From Chiloscyllium plagiosum (lineage: Eukaryota), in NCBI RefSeq assembly GCF_004010195.1, contig NC_057728.1, positions 52,786,616 through 52,850,615 of the forward strand: a stretch of DNA of 64,000 nucleotides. Direction: 5' to 3'. Positions 49,598 through 62,636 of the stretch are shown one piece after another. The notes beneath the pieces were generated by a model. That model was not told where the DNA came from. It did no database searches and worked only from the letters and a program-made list of their open reading frames with translations. Position numbers and translations under genes: made by a program. Numbering within the stretch: position 1 is the stretch's first letter; each line of letters opens with the position of its first letter.

Positions 49598-50485
49598 CCT
49601 AGGAGCTTGACAATCTTATGTGGAATTGAATACCTGAGGGAACCTCACCTGGAGTCTGGTCGTAACACCACACTCAGCACAACCTGTGAGTAGAGACACC
49701 TGCCACCTTCATTGTGTCAGTGATCTGTGGACATCAACAGAACTATCAGTATTGCCATAAAGATACCTTCAATGGGAGCAAAGTCACTGTCATTACTGCA
49801 GACTAAGAAAGAACTAGCAGTCGTCAATCTCCATAAAGCGTCTGCATGGCTTGAGGAGAGATCGCCTTTGTGAATTTCTAGCAGAAAATTTATTTAAACC
49901 TTCAATTGACCCTTGGATATTTAGCTATCACTATTCTACGTTCAGTCTCCTGATTGAACAGGAGTCCTGTGCGGCAGCAGGAAAATCTCTTGCAGAGTGG
50001 AAAATTGAGGATAAGTGGCTCATTATCAAAATTAATTTGATTCCTGCCATTGCATCAGGGATCACAGCCAAATCTGTGTCTGTATCTCTAGGAAAAAGCC
50101 TCAGATGCAATAACAAGTCAGGCAGCTGTTCCACCTTACGAAATGTTATCATGATCCTCCTCTCCAAAGCCATCTTAGGGGTTCTGGGAATAATCAACTT
50201 TTTCTCCTGCTATTGTTTTTTCTTTGTTTCTCTTTCTCATGGAAAGTTGCAAACTTTCATAGACCCAAAACACCACTATCCACTAATCTGTCTTTCCACA
50301 CAAAGCATCACTGTCCCCTAAGTGTTAAAAAGGCAGGGGGAGGGATTTATTTACTTTTCCTGCTCTTTTGAGTTGCTTGTAGTGTCCTGGAGATTAATTT
50401 TCAATTCTTGGAGACTCCAGTACAATCCTGCAGGTTATACTTAGTGTTTCCTATCATATTCGCAGATACCAGGAAGAGGGTAGTT

Positions 50486-51390
50486 ATAGAGTTATAGAGT
50501 CAGAGAGATGTACAGCACAGAAACAGACCCTTCGGTCCTACTTGTCCATGCCGACCAGATATCCCAACTCAATCTAGTCCCACCTGCCAGCACCCGGCCC
50601 ATATCCCTCCAAACCCTTCACATTCAAACACCCATCCAGATGCCTTTTAAATGTTGCAATTGTACCAGCCTCCACCACTTCCTCTGGCAGCTCATTCCAC
50701 AGACACACCACCCTCTGCATGAAAAAGGTTGTCCCTTTGGTCCCTTTTATATCTTTCCCCTCTCACTCTAAACCTATGCCCTCTAATTCTGGACTCGCCA
50801 GCCCCAGGGAAAGGACTTTGTCTATTTACCCTATCCATGCCCCTCATAATTTTATAAATCTCTATACGGACACCCCTCAACCTTCGACGGAGGGAAATCA
50901 GCCCCAGCCTATTCAACCTCTCCTTATAGCTCAATTCCTCCAATCCTGGCAACGTCCTTATAAATCTTTTCTGAACCCTTTCAAGTTTCACAACATCCTT
51001 CCAATATGAAGATCAGAATTGCACGCAGTATTCCAAAAGTAGCCTAATTGCTGTCCTGTCCAGCCACAACATGACCTCCCAATTCCTGTACTCAATACTC
51101 TGACCAATAAAGGAAAGCATACCAAAAGCCTTCTTCACTATCCTATCTACCTGCGACTCCACTTTCAAGGAGCTATGAACCTACAATCCAAGGTCTCTTT
51201 GTTCAGCAACACTCCCTAGGACCTTACCATTAAGTGTATAAGTCTTGCTAAGATTTGCTTTCCCAAAATGCAGCACCTCGCATTTATCTGAATGAAACTC
51301 CATCTGCCACTCCTCAGCCCATTGGCCTAATCTGAGGTAACTTTCTTCGCTGTCCACTACACCTCCAATTTTGGTATCATCTGCAAATTC
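50486..51390 (-). mobile_element. CR1 3' fragment (same subfamily as 3212-4060)
   Basis: KLERVQKRFIRTLPGLEELSYKERLNRLGL; ATAGAGTTATAGAGTCAGAG tail. Confidence 0.93.
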
Positions 51391-52429
51391 TCTTGTCCTG
51401 CTTTATTGTGACCAGCTTGCTGGCTTCTAGCTCTCAGAACAAGAGAGAGGTATCTTATCTTTAATGCAGGGATGTCTAATGGATGGTTCTTCAAATTTGA
51501 CCTTCACAACACACTCACACCCATATATGAACTCAGCTCATTGGCACATCCTCTTCCAAGAGCACATGCGGACCAGAGTTGATTTGGTTTTAACCTGTTC
51601 TTGTGTAATCTTGAAAGCAAAAAAACAGAAAACATAGTATCTCACTGCTGCCTTTTCAGCCAACATTTTGAGACAACCCCAAGGAGATTACAATTCATTT
51701 TATATTAAATTTCCACACTTTCAAAGCCATTCCTTTGAAACTTCCTTTAAAACTCGTCAAATGGACATGCTTGGGACTCTCTCTCTCTGGACAGTCACCT
51801 GATTTACATCTGCAGTATTTTCTTGGCTGTAGCAGTCCCCTTTTAAAAATCACATGTTGTAATTGAGGTTTGATATGTGCATAGGTGATCTGGAGTTATA
51901 CTCCGTGATCACAATGTAACAAAAATGCAGTGACCGATCATTTCTCCTTTGACTGGGTCTAAGGGCTTAATTGGTCTATAGTGGCAGAGGAACATCTGGT
52001 ATTGAGTCTTAATGAGAAAGAGGCACTTGTCTGAACAAGGTGTAGTTCATTGTATGATAGCAACTAAGTAAATGTTGTATTCATTTGTTGAACCTTGCTA
52101 TTAATGCTGAGGTAGATATAGGTCTAGTCTCCATGAGAATCTAAGATATTTTGTCTTATCCCTGCTCAAACCAGCATGACATCATCAGATTGTGTGGATT
52201 GTAATGCAAGTCTTCAGATTTAACCCATTCAGAATCATTCACTTATACAACATTGGAGCTTGACTCTCAGACTTGGCTACAGTTCCTAATCAGACAGGGG
52301 GCTGCTGAAGGCAGCTTATTAATTAATCATCTTAAGGAAAACAGTTTCTGACTTGGAATTCATCCCATTGGTGGCATTGCCACCAATAAAGAGCAAATGA
52401 CAGAAATGGAAAAGGAATTAATTTTTTTT

Positions 52430-52525
52430 GATTTAGATGTAGATTTTTACTGTCATGTGTACTCACGTACAGAAGTACCACAATAAAGTGAAAAGTGTAC
52501 AATGTCATCACACATGGCGCCATCA
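52430..52525 (-). mobile_element. Rex1-like-tail element fragment (tentative)
   Basis: TTTAGATGTAGATTTTTACTGTCATGTGTACTCA..AAAGTGAAAAGTGTACAA..GGCGCCATC. Confidence 0.55.
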
Positions 52526-52569
52526 CCCCCTCCCTATCTCTCTCACCCACTCAATGTCATCGTTAATAG

Positions 52570-53697
52570 TGGACTTTAAAACCTTGCCAACAACTGAGCT
52601 CAGGCTAACTGGCCTATAATTTTCTGAGTTCTACCTCACTCCTTTTTAAATCGTGATGTTATGTTAGCCATTTTCCAAACCCCTTCCCTGACTCCAGACA
52701 CTCCTGAAAGGTCACCAGCAGCATCTCTATCATCCCCTCAGCTATCTCCTTCAGAACTCTGAGATGTAGTCCATCTAATCCAGTTTATTTATCCACTTTC
52801 AGACATTACAGTTGCTCCAGCACTTTCTCCTCAGTGATGGCCAATACAGTCACCTCTGTCCCCCGACTCTCTTGAAGTTCTGGTATCCTGCTGATGCCTT
52901 TCATTGGGAAAACTGATGCAAAGTATATATTTCGTTCCTCTGCTGTTTCCTTGATTCTCATTATTACTTCTCCAGCCTCATTATTCCAGTGGTTTGAGGT
53001 CTAATCTTGCTTCTCTCTTACCCTTTAAAAAAGGTCCAAAAACATTTTGCAACCTTTTATATTACTAGCTGGCTTACTGTCATATTTCATCTTCTCCAGC
53101 TTATTGCACTTTTAGTCATCTGCTGGTTTTTAGTTATCTGCTGGCTTCCCACTAATCTTCACCGTATTGTATACCTTTTCTTTTACTTTTATGCTGTCCT
53201 TGTTTTCCCTTGTTAGCCACGGTTGCCTCAACCTCCCCTTAGTATGCTTCTTCTTCTTTGTGATGAATTTCTGTTGTGCTCCCTGAATAAGCCCCAGATA
53301 CTCCCGCTATTGCAGGCTCCACTGGGTGTCATCCCTGGTAAGCTTCCCTCCTGATGAACATCTGGCTCATTACACATCACCAAATCCAGAATTCCCTGTT
53401 GCCAGTGGGTTCTGCTAAAGCTGTTCCACAAAAAAATCTCATGACAATCCACAAATTCTTTAGCTTGAGATCCACCATGAACCTGATTTTCCCAGTCCAA
53501 CTGCTTATTGAAGTCTCCATGATTATTATGAGAGTGCCTTTCTTACATGTCTTTTCTATTTCATGATGTATTTTCTTCTCCACATCCTGACGACTATAGG
53601 AGGCTGGTAGACAACTCCCATCAGGGTCTTTTCTCCTTTGCGGTTCCTCAAAACTACCCACGCAGATTACCCACCTGCCGACTCTATAATCACTTCT
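52570..53697 (-). mobile_element. Old CR1 endonuclease/linker remnant
   Basis: QGILDLVMCNEP; PASYSRQDVEKKIHHEIEKTCKKGTLIIIM(GDF-like). Confidence 0.75.
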
Positions 53698-53930
53698 TAT
53701 AGAGTCATAGAGATGTACAGCATGGAAACCGACCCTTCGGTCCAACCCGTCCATGCGACCAGATATCCCAACCCAATCTAGTCCCACCTGCCAGCACCTG
53801 GCCCATATCCCTCCAAACCCTTCCTATTCATATACCCATCCAAATGCCTTTTAAATGTTGCAATTGTACCAGCCTCCACCACTTCCTCTGGCAGCTCATT
53901 CCATACACATACCACCCTTTGCGTGGAAAA
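53698..53930 (-). mobile_element. CR1 3' UTR fragment
   Basis: Nearly the same sequence as 3215-3445. Confidence 0.92.
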
Positions 53931-54229
53931 AAAACTACTCGATATGTAATACAGAATTATAGATTACAGGCACAGAGAGGACAGACATTCAACCCACCCA
54001 TTCCATGATATTTTTCTACAAGAACCATTTAACTGAATCCACTTCCTCCACTTTCCCTGTAATTCCAAAAATGGTGCTTTTCCAATTGTCTTTTGAAAAC
54101 ATCCGTGAATTTGCCTCGCTGCCAGCGCACATCCTGATTCTGGTCACTCTGCATAAATGTGCTTTCCTTTTTGTGTCATCTTTGGTTCTTTTCCAAATCT
54201 CACTTTTTCAAAAAAAAATTTGCAGGTTT

Positions 54230-54445
54230 ATGATAAGTGGTGTTGAGTTAATTTCTTGAACCATTGTAGTCCATTTGCTGTAGGCAGCCCCACAATAGCA
54301 TTGAGGAGGCAGCTCCAGAAGTTTGACCCAGCAACACTGAAGGAACGACAATTCCAAGTCAGGAATTTGTGTGGCTTGGAGAAGAATTTGCAGGTGAGGG
54401 TGTTCCCATGTGTAGGTCACCCTTGTCTTTCTAGATGGTTGCTAT
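54230..54445 (-). mobile_element. 3' UTR fragment of the 140-1540 LINE family
   Basis: CAGAAGTTTGACCCAGCAACACTGAAGGAACG..GGTGTTCCCATG. Confidence 0.7.
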
Positions 54446-55204
54446 TGATTTAATTTCATTTTTAACTAACAAGGCAACTCTTCCCCCTCTTCCCATCTGC
54501 CTGTCCTTTTGATAGAGAGAAATGGAGAGAAATTATTTTCATTTGCCTTTTCCTGACTCTGCGTTTGTCACCTGTCAAGGTGTGTGTTGGAAGATGGGTC
54601 TGCTCTGATTAGAATCAGGTGATTTTCCAAGCTGCTTAGTTCAATTACACCTCATTGAAAAGAAATCTTGCTCACTGCTTCACTGGGACGTCTGCCTTAC
54701 AATATGTTGACCCAGTCTGACCTTAACTGAGGTATTATAACAAATGGACCAGGTTTTTTTCTGATTACTATCTCAGTAAGAAAATATATAGCTAATACAC
54801 ATTTGATGTTAATTGTGGATAACAATTCTTCTTTGTTTACGGATGGACAATCCCAGAAGAAATATCCTGCAATAAATCATTCTTTCTACAAATCTTTAAA
54901 CAGCATCTGAGGCTAGATTGCCCATGATGACTAACATGTACGTAACAGGTTATTTAGAAAGTTAATACATCCATTTTTTTGCCAGCAAACTGCTCTAATC
55001 TGATGTGACTGATGAGATAAATGCAGGGAGAGAAAACATCTGCATAAATATTTTTCAAGTTATAGCAAAAGAATGAGAGTTGAGATGAAGACTCTTTTTA
55101 TACAAATTGAGTCATTGTGATCTGGAATTCATGGCTTTGAAAGAGTGATGGAAGTAGATTTAATAGAAACTGTCAAAAGGATTGGGGAGAAAACAGGTGC
55201 AATA

Positions 55205-55560
55205 GTACAAAGGAGATCTTATGGTGCAGTGGGTAATATCCTTATTTGTGAACTGAAGCTCCAGGTTCAATGCACCCCCCCCCCCCCCCACTTCATGGCC
55301 AAGACAGATGTGCTCATTAACTTGTAAATCTCGCCAAAGTTAGCCAAGCGCACATTAAAAGGATGGGTGAGATTCCTGGTTGGCCACATGATGGAAAGCA
55401 AATAGAGCTTCTGCCATCACTAACCATGACTCTTGGCTACAACAGTAACATGGACTTCTTGGCTAGGCAGCTGATCTGGATTAGATTGGTGTCAACTGCA
55501 CAGGGTTCAGACACCAACCTGGCCGGGATTAATTCAGAACCTGCCTCCTGGCGCAATCCT
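55205..55560 (+). mobile_element. Possible further tRNA-derived SINE
   Basis: TGGTGCAGTGGGT A-box-like and GGTTCAATGC B-box-like; body unlike other SINEs here. Confidence 0.35.
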
Positions 55561-56179
55561 GCAGTGGGTCATACCAGCACTGGGCAGAGAACTCAAGAAG
55601 AAGTGGTACTAAAAGGAAAGCTCTTTGAAAGAGTTGGCACAGGCATGATGGGGTTCCTTATGTGCCATAAGCTTTTATAATTCAAAATGGAATTATAACT
55701 CAAACCAGAATGCTACTGTTGATGTGACATAACAAATTGTTAGAAAATACTGTGCAGGAAAGCCCAGATTGTATTTGATTTTAAAGTTTAGAACCAAATG
55801 AAGCAGTGTAATAATTTTTATAATATTATTGATAAAAAAAATCAATATATCACCATTTAGCAGGTGACAGTTACGGCTCATGCTCTTCCGTGAATCAGAT
55901 GGTCATGGGTTCAAGCCCCACTCCGGAGATTTGAATCTAGGTCTACACTCCGAGGCAGTGCTAAGGGAATACTACATTAGCGAAGATGCCAACTTCCACA
56001 TGAGGACTGGAAAAACCTGCACTAGTATTATATCTTTCACTACCTCAGGAGGTCTCACAGTACTTATTAGCCGATGAAATGTTTTGAAGTGGAAGTGAGC
56101 ACAGGGCTAATTTGTGAACAAGGCCTGCTGTAAGTTAAGACATGGGAACAGGGTATGTGAAAAAAAATGGTTGTAACCT

Positions 56180-56680
56180 ACTCTGGGAAAGATGTTGCAA
56201 AACCTGAAAGGGTTCAGAAAAGATTTACAAGGATGTTGCCAAAATTGGAGGATTTGAACTATAGGGAGAGGCTGAATAGGCCATGACTGTTTTTCCTGGA
56301 GTGTCAGAGCCTGAGGTTTATAAAATCATGGGGGGCATGGATAGAACGAATATACAAGCTCTTTTCCTCAGGATAGGGTAGTCCAGAACTAGGGGACATA
56401 AGTTAAAGGTGAGAGGGGAAAGATTTAAAAGGGACCGAAAGGGCAAATCTTTCATGCAGAGGGTGGTGTGTATGGAATGAGTTGGTACAGAGGAAGTGGT
56501 GGAGGCTGGTACAGTTTTGAAAAGGCATCAGGATAGGTACATGAATAGGAAAGGTTTAGAGGAATATGAGCCAAATGCTGGCACATGGGACTAGATTAAT
56601 TTAGGATATCTTGTCAGCATGATGAGCTGGGCTGGAGGATTTGTTTCCATGCTGTATATCTCTGTGATTCTATGACTATA
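56180..56680 (+). mobile_element. CR1 3' fragment
   Basis: GAAAGGGTTCAGAAAAGATTTACAAGGATGTTGCC..GATTCTATGACTAT. Confidence 0.9.
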
Positions 56681-56704
56681 AACTAAGCACTGGACCCAGA
56701 TGTA

Positions 56705-57413
56705 CAGAGAGATCTGGATGTTCAGGTCCATTGTTCCTTGAAGGTGACAATGCAGGTCAATGGAGTGGTCAAGAAAGCATACGGCATGCTTTCCTTCATT
56801 GGACGGTGTATTGAGTAGCAGAGTTAGCAGTTCATGTTACAGTTGTATAAGTCTTTGGTTCGGCCACATTTGGAATACTGTGTACAGTTCTGGTCACTGC
56901 ATTACCAAAAGGATGTGGATGCTTTGGAGAGGGTGCAGAAGAGGTTCATCAGGATGTTGCCTGGTATGGAGGGTGCTAGCTATGAGGAGAGGTTGAGTCA
57001 ATTAGGATTATTTTCTTGGCAAGAAAGCTGTTGAGGCGGGACCTGATTGAGGCCTACAAAATCATGAGAGGTGTAGACAGGGTGGATGGCAAGAAACTTT
57101 TTTCCCAGAGTACAGGACTCATTTACTAGGGGTCACGAGATCAAAGTGAGAGGGGAAAAGTTTTGGGAAGATATACAGGGACAGTTCTTCACCCAGAGGG
57201 TGTTGAGTGTCTGGAACGCATTACCACCGGAGGCGGTAGGGGCAGGAACAATAGCATCATTTAAGATGTATCTAGACAGATACATGAATGGGTAGGGAGC
57301 AGAGGGATACAGATCCTTATAAAATAGGCGCAGGTTTAGATAGAGGATCTAGATCAGCGCAGGCTTGGAGGGCCGAAGGGCCTGTTCCTGGGCTGTAAGG
57401 TTCTTTGCTCTAT
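56705..57413 (+). mobile_element. CR1 3' fragment, different subfamily
   Basis: MLQLYKSLVRPHLEYCVQFWSLHYQKDVDALERVQKRF; FFTQRVLSVWNALP. Confidence 0.92.
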
Positions 57414-57684
57414 GTCAAATCTGTGAATCATCCCCAGAGCTAAATGAAACAAACCAATCTCTCAACTGGGGATCATCTTGGATTCTAGACTATGTCCTCC
57501 TTCCTGGTGACACAAAACTCACCACTATCAAGAGTATTTTTGCCAACTTGTTTGACTTGTCAACTTGCTTCCAAAATTCTAGTTCAACTCCAAGTCAGTG
57601 AATGAGCAGAACAGTTGGCTGCTGCTGAAAGGTAAATGTAGGGAAGATGTTTCCACTTGCGGAGATCCATCAATAGTCATATTA

Positions 57685-58590
57685 TAGAATCATAGCATAG
57701 AAGGAGACTTTCTAACCCACTGCAAGAGAAGCTTACTCCCCTGCTTAGATTCCACAGTCCTATAATTCTTTTAGCTTCATCTAAGTATCCAATTCCATTT
57801 TGAAAACCATCTGTACTGTCATGCAGTCCGTTACCACTCACTGCATAAAGTCATTCACCACCATGCCTCCTCTAGTTCTTTGGATATTATGGCTGGGTTT
57901 CTACACTTCCACCAGCAGGAGCACAATTTTTTTTATCTCCAAGTTTGTCTGCACCTCAGGACTTTGAACACCTCTGTCACAGCTCCTCTCAACATTCTTT
58001 TCACTGAAGAGAATAGTCCCAGCTTCCTCAATCCATCTACATAACTGAAATCTCTCATCCCTGGAGACAATTTTGTGAATGTTTTTTGCATATCCACCAA
58101 AGCCTTCATATTTTTCCTAAAGTGTGATGGCTCAGAATTAGACATGCTACTTCAGGTGAGTCCAAACCAATTTTTTATTAAAGTCCAACATAACTTCCTT
58201 ACTACATACCCCCATAACTCAGGAATTGTTATGCTTTATTAACTGCTTTCTCAACCTGCCTTGCTACCTTCAACAATTTGTGCACATATACCCACCAAGT
58301 CCTTTTGTTCCTGATCCCCCGAGAGTTGTATCTCTTATTTCATTTTGACTTTGCTCATTCTTCCAACTGAAATGTAGCACATTGCATTACTTTATCTTAA
58401 AGTTCATCTTTTAAATGTCTGCCCATTCTAGTATGAGTCCACATCCTCCAGAAGTCTGTCACTATTCTCCTTTTGGTTCACAGTACATTAAAAGATATTG
58501 TGCAATCTGCACATTATGAAGTTGTGCCCTGCAGATGCTCATTAATATAGATTAAATAAAGCAGTGGTCTTAATGCCAGTCCCTGGGAAA
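57685..58590 (-). mobile_element. Old CR1 fragment
   Basis: KALVDMQKTFTKLSPGMRDFSYVDGLRKLGLFS; QGLALRPLLYLIYINE. Confidence 0.75.
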
Positions 58591-58766
58591 TTTCACGATC
58601 ATAAAGCACAATAGAGCACCTTCGGACATTGTGTTGTTTAATAGCCCTACATAAATGTAATTTATTGTGGTAAAAGTCTGGTGTCTCTTCGATTGCCATT
58701 CCCCAACTGAGCAGGTGTGTCATCCTACAATGGACACAGTTTTGTCCATTGATAGAAAATTAAAAC

Positions 58767-59088
58767 CATAGAGTCATTGAATCCCTCTAGTGCAGATAGA
58801 GGCCTTTCGATCCATCAAGTCTGTACCAACCCTCTGAAGAACATCACCCACCCCTCCCCATAACCCCACACTTTCCATTGCTTGCACATCACTGGACACT
58901 GTGGGGCAATTTAGCATAGCCAGTCCACTTAAGTTGCACACCTTTGGAGTATGGGAGGAAACCAGAGCACCTGGCAGAAACCAAGTTGACATGGGGAGAA
59001 GGTACAAACTTCACGTAGAGAGTTGCCTGAGGTTAGAAATCCCACATCCCTCGTGCTGTGAGGCAGCAGTGCTAACCACTGAGCCACC
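58767..59088 (-). mobile_element. HE1 / V-type SINE
   Basis: GGGAGGAAACCAGAGCACC; GTGCTAACCACTGAGCCACC. Confidence 0.88.
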
Positions 59089-59394
59089 CAGAAGGGGAAC
59101 AGCCTTGTCTGAGAACATCTTGCAACATAACATCATTTAAAAGGCATAATTAACAATAAATTAAATTTGGATGGATTCTTTTGTTCTCTTGTAATGCTGA
59201 CTCCCTCTACTCTCTCAAGGATTTTCTAGATCTTCCAACATGTTCAACACAGGCTATTGTGGTACAAATGGAGGCAATAAAGCACTGGAGGCACAGCAGG
59301 GCAAGACCTAAGAGCTAGAGCTGTGGACTCCCCTCTGAGTCATAAAGAAAAACAGGAGATTTGGGCCTTAAAGCCAGGAAGGAAATGCCTTTTT

Positions 59395-59765
59395 CCTTTT
59401 CTTTCATGGGATTTGGGTGCTCCTGGCAAGACTTCTATTCCTATTCCCAATTCTCCATGCACTGAGTGGCTTGCCCTGCCATTTCAGAGGGGAATTAAGA
59501 ATCAACCACATTACTGTGGTGCTGGAGTCACATGTAGGTCAGACCAGGTGAGAACAGCAGATTTCCTTCCCTAAAAGACACTAGTGAACCAGATGGGTTT
59601 TACAATAATCAATGGCAGTTGTCATGGTCACCCTTACCAACACCTGCTTTCTATTCTAGATGTATTGATTGGATATTAAATTATGATGGTAGGATGTGTA
59701 CCCTTGATCCGATCTGGGCCTCTGGATTACCAGACCAATAACTTTACCCTCGACCCCATCACCTG
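59395..59765 (-). mobile_element. tRNA-headed SINE (family with tail of the 140-1540 LINE); a second partial copy at 59835-60020
   Basis: CTGGAGTCACATGTAGGTCAGACCAGG..GCAGATTTCCTTCCCTAAAAGACACTAGTGAACC. Confidence 0.75.
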
Positions 59766-60264
59766 CAAATAAGTTTTTATGTGTCAACTAGCTATTAGTC
59801 CTTTGTCTTCCAAACTGACATGATTTTGCAATTTAAAAAATATCTTTTATAGGATCTGGATGTCGCTGGCAAGGCCAATATTTATTGCCCATCTGTAACT
59901 GTCCCTGAACTGACTGGCTTGCCAGGCCATTACAGAGGACAATTAAGAGTTAAAACACATTATTGCAGGCCTGGAGTGGCATATTGGCCAGACTGGTTAA
60001 GGATGGAGATTTCCTTCCATAGGAAATTAGAGAGGTAGAAGGGAATGGGATGAGAATCTTGTTTGTCAGACTAAACTAAATGGTGAAATTAGGACACAAG
60101 GGGGCAGATTCAAACTAGCAAAAGACAAATTTAGTCTGCTGATGTCAAGAAGCTGTTCTTTACATGAAAGCCGAAGAAGTTGTTCATTAAGTCATGTCTG
60201 TGGATTTAGGATTTAAAATTCCACTCTAAACAATTAAGCATATAATCTATGTTAATGATTCACT

Positions 60265-61935
60265 GCAGTATTGAGGGAATTCTGTACTGTTGGTCCTGTG
60301 GTCTTTTGGATGAGATATTAAACCAAGGCCCCCTTTGCTGTCTCAGGTGAAATTACAAGCCACTGGATTAGTGGGATTCAAATTTCACTATGGAAAGTTG
60401 GGGAATTTAATATCCACTTAAATCAATCTGGAATATAAAGTTATGGTGACCAGGATAATAGTATCAATTGTCATAAAACCCATCTGATTCACCACATGTA
60501 TCAGGGAGGAAATTTGCCATCCTTACCTGATCCAGCCTAGATGCACAGCAATGTGGATGACTCTTAACCCTCTGATGGCCTAGCAAATCAATTAATTCAA
60601 GAGCAGTTAGGCATAGGTAAGAAATGCTGGCTTTGCCAATGACACACACACATCCCATGAAATGAAAAAAATAATTTAAAATGTCCTATTGTAAGAAGAG
60701 CAGGGGAGTGAATGAATGAGTGAATTATTTTATTGTCACATGTATTTTACAGTGAAAAAACAGTAAAATACAGTGAAAAGCTTTTCCACTGTCACCACAA
60801 TCCAGTGCCATTTTGAATAGTTAGAAGAATAAAAAAAAGCTTAAAAAGAGTCCATCGGTCCTGAGCCAGCTCATCATCAACAAGTTTGCACTGTCATCCC
60901 TCTCCCACTGCCTCACTGCCGTCTACACCAGACCCAATCATCATTGAAGTTGGCACCCTTCAGGCATCATCCTTCACACTGGGCCAATTCACTTCCACCA
61001 CCCCCTCAACACCACCTGCGCTGGACCAACCAGTCACATGTCTTGCCAGAGGGCCCATCTTGTCAATGTCGGCCTGATGCCCTTCCACCACTGCTTTGCC
61101 GCCACCAGCACTGGACCCAGCCAATGATGAAGTCAGCGATCCTCAGGCACTATCTTTTGCTGCTGGGCCTACATCCCTAACATCGTCTCTACTGATGAAG
61201 CAGCCGCTAAATCCAATGCCAGGTCCTGTGCTTGTCCTGGACAAATAAGTGAGGACTCACTCCCTGCCGCCACCAGGTCCACGGTGGGTCCACTCGAATC
61301 CATGCTGGGACTTGTCCCTGGGTGTGTTCCTGCTAAACTGGCCAATATTTGTTCTTCATTCAATATCACTAAATTAACAGACTTTCTTGCCATTGTCACA
61401 GTACTATCTGTGGGGGCTTGCTATGATCTTGGCTGCTGTGTCTCCCATATTACAAGAAATTCAATATCGAGAGATAGAAAGCAGGAGCAGGACAAGGTCA
61501 TTCAGTTCATCGAAACCACTCATGTTGAACATTTCAACGTGATTATGGCTGATCCTTGATACAATCCTTACTCCTGTTCTCTCCCCACCCCACCCCCCAC
61601 ACCCCTTGACACCTTTAGGAGCCTATTTGCTTCTGAAATATATTTGGCGTCTTGGCCTCCACACCTACTGTGGTGGAAAACCCCAGAGGTTCACCACACT
61701 CTGATTGAAGATATTGCTCCTTATCTCAATCTGAAACAACCTATACTTTACCTGAGATCATGTCCCCTTGTTCTGTACCTCTTGGCAGGGAAAACATCAT
61801 CCCTCCTTCCAGTCTATCCAGACCTGTCAGAATTGTATACGTTTTAATCTTGTTCAACAGATACATTATTGGCCATAAAGCACTTTGGGATGTTCTGAGA
61901 TTGTAAAAACCCTTATGGAAAAGAAAGTCTTTCTT
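60265..61935 (+). mobile_element. Deu-like SINE broken into pieces by three nested insertions
   Basis: GTCTTTTGGATGAGATATTAAACCAAGGCCCC (60300), AAGAAGAGCAGGGGAGT (60693), CTGGCCAATATTTG (61338), GGCCATAAAGCACTTTGGGATG (61871). Confidence 0.6.
60705..61330 (-). mobile_element. Non-autonomous element with GC-rich body and CATGTGACAATAAA tail
   Basis: GAATGAATGAGTGAATTATTTTATTGTCACATGTA..ATACAGTGAAAAG then GC-rich 60850-61330. Confidence 0.6.
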
Positions 61936-62348
61936 ACAGTCATTGTTGTTATGGGGATATATGTTCATTATTACCACAATTGTTAAGCAATGCAATGATA
62001 TTATTGGTTCTTGAAAGCGATTGTGTAGATGGTTTGTACAAACTTTTAAAATTCTATCTACTTATCAGTTATGCATATCTTATCAAAACATCTGGACTAA
62101 TGAGCCTCTGATTTGTGAATACCTTAAAAGTTCGCTTCTGAGTTACTGACTCTCCTTTGCAACAGTCTGAGATTTAGCCAGATTATTTGTAACCTTGGTC
62201 TCACATTTGAGGCTTAGGTGTGTTTCTGATCTTATATCTTGCTTTCACCAAGGCCATCTACAATTCCTTCTTGTTTTAGTTCACCTAATGGCAAAACCTG
62301 CCTTCCATCATAAAATCAAAAGTGGGGATATTCACTGATGATTGGGTT

Positions 62349-62636
62349 TTAGATTAGATTCCCTACAGTGTGTAAACAGACCCTTCGGCCCAACCAGTCC
62401 ACACCGACCCTCCGAAGAGTAACCCACCCAGACCCATTTCCCTCTGACTAATGCACCTAACACTATGGGCAATTTAGCCTGGCCAATTCACCTGACCGAC
62501 ACATTTTTGTGACTGTGGGAGGAAACCGGAGCACCCGGAGGAAACCCACGCAGACACGGGGAGAATGTGCAAACCCCACACAGTCGCCCGAGGCTGGAAT
62601 TGAACCTGGGACCCTGGTGCTGTGAGGCAGCAGTGC
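62349..62636 (-). mobile_element. Young HE1 SINE inserted in a LINE remnant (62290-62900)
   Basis: Many CpGs retained (CCGGAGCACCCGGAGG, CACGCAGACACGGGG, GTCGCCCGAGG); flanks AAAGTGGGGATATTCACTGATGATTG / CACCATCACTCCTCAGATACT match 655-715. Confidence 0.92.

Noticed and set aside
49599..49802. 204-bp minus-strand coding exon
   Set aside because: Splice signals plausible but stop codons in all three frames
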